Below, in pieces: positions 8,457 through 16,481 of a DNA stretch of 51,908 nucleotides (positions are counted from its first letter, which is position 1; every line of letters starts with the position of its first letter). The DNA comes from a virus (taxonomy: Duplodnaviria; Caudoviricetes). The stretch lies in IMG/VR virus record IMGVR_UViG_3300037631_003842, positions 1 to 51,908 of that record; one strand, written 5' to 3'. Below the pieces are notes generated by a model, which saw nothing but the letters and a program-made list of their open reading frames with translations, was not told the DNA's origin and ran no database searches. The position numbers and the translations under genes are program-made.

Positions 8457-8950
8457 TTGTTGACATAATCAAATAGATATTCAAAATGTTCTGTTTCTGG
8501 TAAAACAGCATTCTTTAGTAAAATATGACTGATTTCAAACCATTCGCTTTCATCTGCCCAAATAAATTCACTTTCTTCACACCAGTTTGAGTTATCCTTG
8601 CTGATAGGTAATTTAAAGAATGGATTTGGATGACCTATGCCTCCTTCTTCAGATTGATGCCATTCTACTTTATCAATATGCCAGAAATAAACAAAATCAT
8701 CGTCTCTTGCTACTGCATTAAAGTCAACTGTCATTCTACCACAAGTATCATAACACCAAGAAGTTGTTCTAATAGAAATCTTATCTTGTCCTAAAATAAA
8801 AGGCTTAGGCTCTTTAGACTTCATCAAAGCTTCATATGCTGCTTTCTCAAGTTCTCTTTGTTCTTGTTCTCTCTTCCATTGTTCAGCCATAGAATTTGTA
8901 TCATTGTCTAATTCTGCAAATAAGTCATCTAATGTTTTTTCGTTGTTCAT
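8453..8950 (-). CDS. hypothetical protein
   Basis: GAGGA RBS; 165-aa ORF. Confidence 0.7.
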   Translation of the reverse strand: MNNEKTLDDLFAELDNDTNSMAEQWKREQEQRELEKAAYEALMKSKEPKPFILGQDKISIRTTSWCYDTCGRMTVDFNAVARDDDFVYFWHIDKVEWHQSEEGGIGHPNPFFKLPISKDNSNWCEESEFIWADESEWFEISHILLKNAVLPETEHFEYLFDYVNN

Positions 8951-9012
8951 ATTTAATCCTCGTTTTATTTTTATTTGTTTAATGTATATTTTATAGTAAA
9001 TTGTATTTCGTT

Positions 9013-9819
9013 TTAACTGGCGTTAATCTCAACGTTGCCTGATATAAGATTGTTTATATTATTGAGTTTATTTTCTAACTGCTTAATGCGATTTGTTAGA
9101 TTAATATTATTATTCTCAAGACGATTAATCTTAGCGTTTTTATTTTCGATATCTTGGTCTGTATCATTTAGTTTGCTCTCAATCATCCTAATATATTGTG
9201 TCTTATATTTCTCAACATATTCTTTTCTGTTTCTAAATGACTTACCTAAGAACTCTGAAATTGATTTATCTAATAGAGTAATGATAATCTTATTTGTATC
9301 AGCAGTATCAAATCTCTGAAGAATATGTTGATGTTTTTCTTCTATGTTCATTAGCTCTTTATATTCTTGACAAGAATTAATATGTTTTTGAAAAGCAACA
9401 GACATAATTTGACGACCACATCCTGGACATTGTGCCTTCTGATGAAAGTTATGTGTGCCATTTTTCTTGTTAGTGAGAAATCTTTTTTGACCAGTTGGTA
9501 AATCTCTGATAATACCTTCTTTTTTTAAATCTCTTAACTGTTGCTTCTCTTCAGCACTATCTGAATTATATAAGAACCAATGTTCTACCTTAGTGCAATA
9601 GTCTGATGAACATTTTTGTCTTGCAGTTGTGCCACAAATATTCCAAGCTCTCCAGTCACCTTCAGGTAAAGGTCCGTGTAAAGCTTTAAGTTTCTCAAGC
9701 ATCATATTATCTTTCTTACTTCTTTCTTTAATAGAAGAAGCTTTTCTAATGATGCAGTCATCAATGTTATTAATGTTATAGTTTAATCTATCTTTAAGGT
9801 TTAATTCGTGATATAGCAT
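9013..9819 (-). CDS. hypothetical protein with zinc-finger-like motif and C-terminal coiled coil
   Basis: CPGC...H...C motif; heptad repeats at C-terminus; AGGAG RBS. Confidence 0.65.
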   Translation of the reverse strand: MLYHELNLKDRLNYNINNIDDCIIRKASSIKERSKKDNMMLEKLKALHGPLPEGDWRAWNICGTTARQKCSSDYCTKVEHWFLYNSDSAEEKQQLRDLKKEGIIRDLPTGQKRFLTNKKNGTHNFHQKAQCPGCGRQIMSVAFQKHINSCQEYKELMNIEEKHQHILQRFDTADTNKIIITLLDKSISEFLGKSFRNRKEYVEKYKTQYIRMIESKLNDTDQDIENKNAKINRLENNNINLTNRIKQLENKLNNINNLISGNVEINAS

Positions 9820-10092
9820 AGTATTTTGTCTCCTAACTTAGCTAATTGTTACATATCTAATATATGAAGCAACCGATAAATTTATAATAATTTATTAATT
9901 ATTTTTGATTATAAAAACTTTTTTTACAAAAAATTATAAATTAGCTTAACTTTTTATATATTATGTATGTCTCCTACATCAAAAAGCTAATCTATAATTA
10001 TTTTTATATTTTTTTAAACTTAAATATAAAATATTTTAAAAAAAACATATATACTTGATAATTAGTATAGAACAACAAGAAAGAAGAAGTTA

Positions 10093-10884
10093 ATGCTTGA
10101 ACATCTAAACGACAATAAAACATATGTTAAACTACTCCAATCTGAAATAGGCGTTGCAGTCGATGGTATTGCTGGACCTAATACTTTAAGAGCTGCTGAA
10201 GAATATTATGGCAAACCTGTTATTTCACATAATGGTAAATTAGTCCCAATCAATTTCAGTGGCAAGATTAATCATCAATATTCATTACACGAATTGCCTG
10301 ATGGGAGTAAAAACTGGTATTACAGAAAGAATAACATTGACAATATTGTCGTGCATTGGGGAGGTCTTAATGCTCCACATTGTTATCAGGTATTCTTCAA
10401 TCCTAAGTATGCTCATACTTCTTCACATTTCTTAGTTGGATTTAATCCTAAATCTAAAGAGCTTGAGGTATTACAATGCTTAGACACAGCACAAGTTGCT
10501 TATCACGCAGGCAAAGCTAATAAACAATCAGTTGGTGTTGATATTTGTCAGCATCCTCAAAAGAAATACTTTGAAAGAACTAAGTCTTGGTATAAAGGTG
10601 CAGAGATTATTAAAAATCCTTCATCACGAGGACCTAAGGGTGATATAGTTGATATTGACCCACAACTTGCTGATTTTAGCAGAGAGTTTTTGGTTGCTCT
10701 ACGAAGTGTTTTAGATTTAGACCACAAACCTGTTTGCACTGATGAAGAAGTTTATAAAATCGAAGATGTAAAACAACAATACTCAATTCTTGGTCATCAC
10801 AACTTTTCTGTGCAAAAATGGGACCCAGCACCTTGGGCTGATAAGCTTTATCACGGCATCGATGATGAAATGAAGATTTGTTAA
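10093..10884 (+). CDS. endolysin: N-acetylmuramoyl-L-alanine amidase (Amidase_2) with N-terminal peptidoglycan-binding motif
   Basis: LQ..IGVAVDGIAGPNT binding motif; IVVHW, SSHF, AYHAG..N..SVGVDI, GHH and KWDP zinc-amidase motifs. Confidence 0.9.
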   Translation: MLEHLNDNKTYVKLLQSEIGVAVDGIAGPNTLRAAEEYYGKPVISHNGKLVPINFSGKINHQYSLHELPDGSKNWYYRKNNIDNIVVHWGGLNAPHCYQVFFNPKYAHTSSHFLVGFNPKSKELEVLQCLDTAQVAYHAGKANKQSVGVDICQHPQKKYFERTKSWYKGAEIIKNPSSRGPKGDIVDIDPQLADFSREFLVALRSVLDLDHKPVCTDEEVYKIEDVKQQYSILGHHNFSVQKWDPAPWADKLYHGIDDEMKIC

Positions 10885-10885
10885 G

Positions 10886-11539
10886 GTGAATAATATGACA
10901 ACTCTAATCGAAGAAAAGCATAAGCAAATCAAAGAGTATTTGTGGGAGACTTGGCAAAATTCTGACCGTTATGGTGAGTTCATTATTGAATTAGACCATT
11001 ATGATGTCGAAGGAGCTAAAGAGATTGGTATTCGCAGATACGAAAACAATAGAGCAGCTAAGATTAAAAATCGTAAACTTTCAGCTAAACCTTGTAATGG
11101 TTCAGAAAGAGATATTTTAGGTGCTTGCGGTGAAATGGCAGCTATTAAATGGCTAAGAAAAAATGGTTATGATGCATCATTTGAAAAGTTTCATAATGTT
11201 GAGAATGTTAAAGGTGAAAACGATAAGTTTGATACTGATATAGTATTTGATGGCAAAGAGCTTACAGTTGAAATCAAGACTACAGAAAAGCCTTTAAACT
11301 CTAAACTAATTTATCCACTTCACAAAGGTAAAAAGAAAAATCAACCTGACGTTTTTTTACTTGTATGTCAAATAGATAGAAGACGACACGTAATAAAAGG
11401 TTTTACAACAGCAGAAAATATATTAAATAATATAGATGATAAGCTACCTACTAAAGCTTATTCAATACACGAAAACAAGTTATCATCGTCATTAGACGAA
11501 GTTATAGAAGATATTTTAAAATCACAAGGAGAGAATTAA
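10886..11539 (+). CDS. PD-(D/E)xK-type nuclease-like protein
   Basis: G..GE.A, DTDI and VEIKTT motifs. Confidence 0.65.
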   Translation: MNNMTTLIEEKHKQIKEYLWETWQNSDRYGEFIIELDHYDVEGAKEIGIRRYENNRAAKIKNRKLSAKPCNGSERDILGACGEMAAIKWLRKNGYDASFEKFHNVENVKGENDKFDTDIVFDGKELTVEIKTTEKPLNSKLIYPLHKGKKKNQPDVFLLVCQIDRRRHVIKGFTTAENILNNIDDKLPTKAYSIHENKLSSSLDEVIEDILKSQGEN

Positions 11540-11724
11540 TGTCTGAAGGCCTACAACTTACACAAAGTCAAGTTAAATCTGTAAATATTCTTATTGCAGC
11601 AGCTGGTGTTGCTCAAAAGAAGGGTGCATATTCATTGGAGGACGCAAAGGTTGTTTTTGAAGCAATCCAAGATTTAGTCCCAAGACCTGAGCCACAACAG
11701 GACGAGGAGGTTGGGAGCGATTGA
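11539..11724 (+). CDS. small viral protein (A..AQKKGAYSLEDA type)
   Basis: AGGAG RBS, TAATG coupling; motif recalled from small proteins of large DNA viruses. Confidence 0.7.
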   Translation: MSEGLQLTQSQVKSVNILIAAAGVAQKKGAYSLEDAKVVFEAIQDLVPRPEPQQDEEVGSD

Positions 11725-11770
11725 TTAGTTAGTTAAACTCATATTTTTGTTTGTTAAAGTTAAATGCACT

Positions 11771-11801
11771 AAGACCTCTTCAGAAATGTTGAGGTTTTTT
11801 T
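11771..11801 (+). terminator. rho-independent terminator
   Basis: GACCTC/GAGGTT stem plus T run after the endolysin operon. Confidence 0.65.
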
Positions 11802-11823
11802 GTATTTGCTGGCAGAGAATACT

Positions 11824-11862
11824 AAAACGCCGACGAATATGTTTTATCATACTGCCGGCGTT
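11824..11862 (-). terminator. converging terminator hairpin
   Basis: AACGCCG/CGGCGTT stem with a short T tail on the minus strand. Confidence 0.5.
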
Positions 11863-12057
11863 ATTTAAACAGACGTTAATCTGATAACTGATATGTATTA
11901 ATTTAGACCATCTGGACGACAACCTTCGTTGTAATGTCTTATTTGATGTTCTTTCAGTATATTGTATCTTAGTAAAGCTGTTGCTTCTGATTTGACTTTA
12001 TCTGATAGATTAGAGTTTTCTATGATTTGACATAGTTTATTAATCTCATCTTTGATA

Positions 12058-12375
12058 TTAACAAGCGCAGTCTTCACCTTCGCACTCACAATCCTCGTCA
12101 GATGCATCTTGGTCTCCAGCCTCCAAATCTTCTTCTTCGGCACCACCAGGAGCTTCTTCTTCTGGGTCCTCCGGGAGTTCTTCGTCCAGGCCCATATCAG
12201 CTTCTGGCTCTTCTTGCTCCATATCAGCTTCTTGCTCCATCTCTGGCTCTGCATCGCGGATTTGCTCACAAGGACAGTTGTCGCATTTACATTCTTCTTT
12301 TTCTTCTTTATCATCACATCCGAATGGTAATACAGATAACATAACAATAAGAACAATACTCAATAGTTTCTTCAT
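12058..12375 (-). CDS. putative lipoprotein with acidic low-complexity linker and Cys clusters
   Basis: MKK plus hydrophobic core plus LPFG-C lipobox-like site; E/D-rich; CKC..CPC and CEC...CAC. Confidence 0.75.
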   Translation of the reverse strand: MKKLLSIVLIVMLSVLPFGCDDKEEKEECKCDNCPCEQIRDAEPEMEQEADMEQEEPEADMGLDEELPEDPEEEAPGGAEEEDLEAGDQDASDEDCECEGEDCAC

Positions 12376-12548
12376 AACGTTTTAAACCTTTCATTTAAGT
12401 AATATTTGTGTATAACGTTGATTAATTTTTTTCTCTGATAATTATATAATGTTTTATGAATTTGTGGATATTTTTTTTCAAATAAATGCATTTTAACTCT
12501 CCCTTGTTTATTGCATACTTATAAATATGCTCTAAACGGTGAGTTGTC

Positions 12549-13049
12549 CTATCTATTTTTAAATTTATCGTTATCTGATAAAGGTGTCCATTCATCTACT
12601 TCTGGATGTAATATAACTTGTTTAACATCTTTTGTTTTAATAGGGTTTTCATTTTGAAATACTGATAGTTTATTTATTACAGCATTCTGGAGTTCAAATA
12701 TTTGCTCACGTAACAGTTGCATTTGTATTTGACTGTCTCTTAAACGTGCTATTAGAGCATTTCTATCTCCATCAGACTTTGCTAATTTATCTTTTAGCTC
12801 TTCAACTTCAGACGGGTCTCGTCCAGAAGCTATTGCCAGCATTGAACTTATGGCACCTGTTAACATACCAAGCATACCTACCAGAACGTCCCTGTTTTTC
12901 TCTTGTATCTCTACAAAGGATAGAAACATTATTAATCCTACAACTAACAACATAAAGAAAACAGAGAACCACCAGCCTTTTTTAGCTTTATCCTGTGATG
13001 AAAACTGTTTTTGACTTATTTCTTTAGGCTTTTGACCGCTATCAACCAT
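12549..13049 (-). CDS. 2-TM membrane protein with C-terminal coiled coil
   Basis: Two hydrophobic helices flanking EIQEKNRD, then heptads; overlaps the cyclase stop by 8 bp. Confidence 0.8.
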   Translation of the reverse strand: MVDSGQKPKEISQKQFSSQDKAKKGWWFSVFFMLLVVGLIMFLSFVEIQEKNRDVLVGMLGMLTGAISSMLAIASGRDPSEVEELKDKLAKSDGDRNALIARLRDSQIQMQLLREQIFELQNAVINKLSVFQNENPIKTKDVKQVILHPEVDEWTPLSDNDKFKNR

Positions 13050-13911
13050 TTAAAAATCCTTTCACGAATTCAAATATAAATATTGCTGCTGTGTTTATCC
13101 ACTCAAATGGTCTGAAAATTAAATAATCTACGTCCCATAAGCGTTTTGCTCTTTCATTAGATAGAAAAGGCCATAACATATATAGCCAGAAAGCTGAAGA
13201 AAGAAATCCTAATCTATAAAAAAACCACCAAAACTTTTCTTGCAAATTCTTGTTTCTTAGTCTTGTCCTTATTTTCTTCTTACCACCTATTCGCTTAGCT
13301 TTTTCACTGTCAGGTGGAGGTTGTAATTGTGCTTCTATTAATCCTGCAGCATATAGTTGCTCTGGCTCTGATATACCTTTAAATTTATAAAGACCTACTA
13401 ATGCAGTTTGCGCTTTTTTAGGTATGTAATTGCTTCTATGTCCAAACTTTTTATATTGCATAAATGCTGATTTAGATAATAAGATTTGCTCTGGACCACA
13501 TAATGACATTGTTCTTGCAGCAACATTCTTACCAATGCCTTCTAAGTTTATCCGTTTACCACCCGCTCTGACCATATGTTCAGCAGATTTGACTATTAAC
13601 ATTTTGTCCCAATGAATACCTACACGGCTTCTAAACGGAAACTTTTTTGTTCTTAAAACTTTCTTATATTCAAATCCAAACTCTAATGCTTCTACAACAT
13701 TACCAAAATACATTAAATGCCCATCAGAAGCATCTATAAGCTGACCGTTATGTCTTGCAATCAAATTCATAACAAATCTATCGTGTATGCCAAACCATTG
13801 AGCAGCAGCTCTTGAACCATTTTTCTGAACAAACTTTGTGCTACCTATTATATCAGTCAATACAATAGCTATTTTAGCCTCAATTATATTTTCTGGTAAT
13901 GGTGCAGTCAT
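13042..13911 (-). CDS. class III adenylate/guanylate-type nucleotide cyclase with C-terminal membrane anchor
   Basis: IVLTDIIGST (metal Asp1), DASDG (Asp2), RVGIH, G...NVAAR (N/R pair), QILLS and FKG..EP motifs; hydrophobic C-terminus. Confidence 0.9.
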   Translation of the reverse strand: MTAPLPENIIEAKIAIVLTDIIGSTKFVQKNGSRAAAQWFGIHDRFVMNLIARHNGQLIDASDGHLMYFGNVVEALEFGFEYKKVLRTKKFPFRSRVGIHWDKMLIVKSAEHMVRAGGKRINLEGIGKNVAARTMSLCGPEQILLSKSAFMQYKKFGHRSNYIPKKAQTALVGLYKFKGISEPEQLYAAGLIEAQLQPPPDSEKAKRIGGKKKIRTRLRNKNLQEKFWWFFYRLGFLSSAFWLYMLWPFLSNERAKRLWDVDYLIFRPFEWINTAAIFIFEFVKGFLNG

Positions 13912-13916
13912 ACTAT

Positions 13917-14204
13917 TTATTCATCCTTTATAGTTATATTGCATTCACAGTTTTTCATCAACTCATCGCAAATCGGACAAGGACAAGCGTCTGAAGGCCA
14001 TTTACATTTAGGTGCTTGTTGACCACAAGGACAAATTTGAATTGTGCATATGCAATCAATATTACTACATAATGCACAAACAGTCGGTTCATCGTCAAAC
14101 CTAATATTTTCAGGGTCCCAGTCTCTAATAGTTTTACTTGGGTCCCAAGATGGTGGAGCTATTTCTGAAGGTGGTATTAAGTGTTTATTTTTTCTCTTTT
14201 TCAT
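13917..14204 (-). CDS. Cys-rich small protein (12 Cys in C-terminal half)
   Basis: CxxC and CxC clusters; lies in operon with the cyclase. Confidence 0.7.
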   Translation of the reverse strand: MKKRKNKHLIPPSEIAPPSWDPSKTIRDWDPENIRFDDEPTVCALCSNIDCICTIQICPCGQQAPKCKWPSDACPCPICDELMKNCECNITIKDE

Positions 14205-14454
14205 TGTGGTCCCTATCTAATATCTCTACAGCACTGCTTAAATATTTTTCGAGACTTGCTACACCTAAAACATAACCTACTGTTAAGGCTGAAGATGATA
14301 CTAACATTGCAATAAGTAAAGCCAGTTCAGTATAGTCTAACTTTGATTGTAAATGCATCAGCATATAAAACATACCTGCCTTAGTTGTTATTTCTGATAT
14401 TAGGTATGCTAAAAACTTTTTACTTTGCAAAGGCATTTTGTTTGTATCACTCAT
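14185..14454 (-). CDS. 2-TM holin-like membrane protein
   Basis: SKKFLAYL start, two hydrophobic segments, charged tail; overlaps stop of 14451..16385. Confidence 0.6.
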   Translation of the reverse strand: MSDTNKMPLQSKKFLAYLISEITTKAGMFYMLMHLQSKLDYTELALLIAMLVSSSALTVGYVLGVASLEKYLSSAVEILDRDHNEKEKK

Positions 14455-16385
14455 AATAAATTCCTTGTAACTTGAACATATGTGTCATTTGACGGATTTT
14501 GATTAGGATTAAGATAAGTCCCAAAATTATCTCCGCATCTTTGTTTTAAATAAATTTTATCATCTATATTAGCAGCACACATTATTAAGAAGTTTAAGTT
14601 TCTATTACGTGTATTGCCCATTTCTTCTTCACCATTTAATCCACTAATAAATAAATCAAACTCAATGAAGTCTCTATTTAAATAGCTATCAAATCCTCTA
14701 AAACACGTTCTTTCAAATCTAATATGAAAACGTCCTCCGTGGTCTTTAAATATAATCCAAGGCAGTATCTCAACATTACCATTTAACTCAGCAACATTTA
14801 AATCTTCAAGGCTTTGAGCTAAGTCTTCATCCATACCATTCCAGTATGTGCATCCGACGTGGTCAATCTGATATGACATATTGCCACTATTGTCTATAAA
14901 TCTATTGTTTATGAAATAAAACTTATTAAATATTCTAACAAGTCTTTGGACGTGTGAGCAATTTAAACTACTATCACCAATGTCATATAAAACACCTACA
15001 TCAGGACGATAACTTTCATCTGTTCTCCACTCATTACCAAGTCCCCATCTATCAGGATTACCTATCTCGTCTGCGAATTTTCTAAACGTTAGTTGTGTAT
15101 CGCTGAACTTAGGTTTAAAGTTTAATTGTCTAAACATCTCATAGAAATACTCAAAGATAACTCTCATTAGCTCTCTTTCGCCGTATTCTACTCTGTTATA
15201 TGCTCTTTCAAAGTTTTCTTTAACTATCAGACCGGGATTTTGAAATCCTGTATTAATCAACTTGTAAAATAAATCAATCTCACTGAAATTGTAATGACTT
15301 AAATAAACTCTCTCACCCGTTTGGATTATAGGCTCATCAGGCCCTTCTGAAAGAGCTAATTCATTTTTAATAGGGTCAAATATATCATCGTGCAATAAAT
15401 TCTGGTCAAGTCCACTATAAATCTTTGGATTTTCAATCGGATGTTGTCTTGGATGTAATCCACTGCCTCTTACAAGTTTTTTAACACCTGTAATAAAGTG
15501 GACGTTTGCGTCTGTTGCATCTCTACCTACACCTGAGTATTCATATTCATCGTTTCCGATTATTAAACGTCCACCATCTGGATTAAATCCTAATGATGTT
15601 TCGACATATAGGTTATTAGAGCTTTCTTGAGTATAAGTTTGTGTAACTACTGTGTATGCATTATTGTATAGATTATTAAAAGTCTCACCTGTTGACTGAA
15701 TTAGTGTATCCCAAGTGCCATCTTGACCTCTAACATATCCTCCACTTGCGTCGTATGCATCTGTTTTCTCACCAAGTGCCCAATATGAAGGCAAATTATG
15801 CTTAATTGACATTGTTTTATCAAATCTAAGACGAGTTATAACTTCATATGACTTAAGAACTTGTGGTCTACCTCTACCTGACAGGCTTATTTTAACGTTA
15901 TATGAGCCTTTAGGTAAAACAGGAGTTGTAAATAATATTTCTGTCTGGTCAGCATTTGAATATAAATTATGTCTAAGTCCTGGGATTGCACTTTCTGCCT
16001 TATATTTTACGCCAGTTTCTTGCAATCCTAAGTTTAATTGATAAAATTCAACTACAAATGGACCTAAAGGCACACCTGCACCTGGGTCTTGAGGCAATAT
16101 TCTTCTAATCCCATTAAGGTTTCCAAATATTCTTAATACCTCACCACCATTATCAGCTAATTTATTAAAGTTTTGATATTTGCCAGGAGGTGGGTCTTTA
16201 GGGTCGTCAATCTGAAGTTTGGGTAATATAAACGGGTCCCCAAATCCTGCTTCAGAATTGTGATAAAACTCATTATTGCCTACAGACAATGGCCAAGGAG
16301 CACCAAAGCCAGCGTCTCGAGGATTACCACTCCAGTTAGCAGAGCCAAATCCTATTTCTTTACCATTACTAATAATGTCAGCCAT
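14451..16385 (-). CDS. baseplate/tail-associated structural protein
   Basis: Position at the distal end of the tail module; 644 aa; AGGAG RBS. Confidence 0.55.
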   Translation of the reverse strand: MADIISNGKEIGFGSANWSGNPRDAGFGAPWPLSVGNNEFYHNSEAGFGDPFILPKLQIDDPKDPPPGKYQNFNKLADNGGEVLRIFGNLNGIRRILPQDPGAGVPLGPFVVEFYQLNLGLQETGVKYKAESAIPGLRHNLYSNADQTEILFTTPVLPKGSYNVKISLSGRGRPQVLKSYEVITRLRFDKTMSIKHNLPSYWALGEKTDAYDASGGYVRGQDGTWDTLIQSTGETFNNLYNNAYTVVTQTYTQESSNNLYVETSLGFNPDGGRLIIGNDEYEYSGVGRDATDANVHFITGVKKLVRGSGLHPRQHPIENPKIYSGLDQNLLHDDIFDPIKNELALSEGPDEPIIQTGERVYLSHYNFSEIDLFYKLINTGFQNPGLIVKENFERAYNRVEYGERELMRVIFEYFYEMFRQLNFKPKFSDTQLTFRKFADEIGNPDRWGLGNEWRTDESYRPDVGVLYDIGDSSLNCSHVQRLVRIFNKFYFINNRFIDNSGNMSYQIDHVGCTYWNGMDEDLAQSLEDLNVAELNGNVEILPWIIFKDHGGRFHIRFERTCFRGFDSYLNRDFIEFDLFISGLNGEEEMGNTRNRNLNFLIMCAANIDDKIYLKQRCGDNFGTYLNPNQNPSNDTYVQVTRNLL

Positions 16386-16481
16386 TAACTATCTCCTGTT
16401 TGTTGTCTGTTTTATTTTATTTGATGTCTTGATTAAACCCATATAAAACTATAGAAGGATTAACTGGATTTAATCTACGTA

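Noticed and set aside
11725-12356. Minus-strand ORFs 11725..11922 and 11898..12356
   Set aside because: The first runs across converging terminators; the second is an alternative frame of the lipoprotein gene without a credible start.
12549-13911. Canonical Pycsar system
   Set aside because: The partner resembles phage 2-TM membrane proteins and shows no cNMP-binding domain, and the cyclase is membrane-anchored; only an architectural analogy is supportable.
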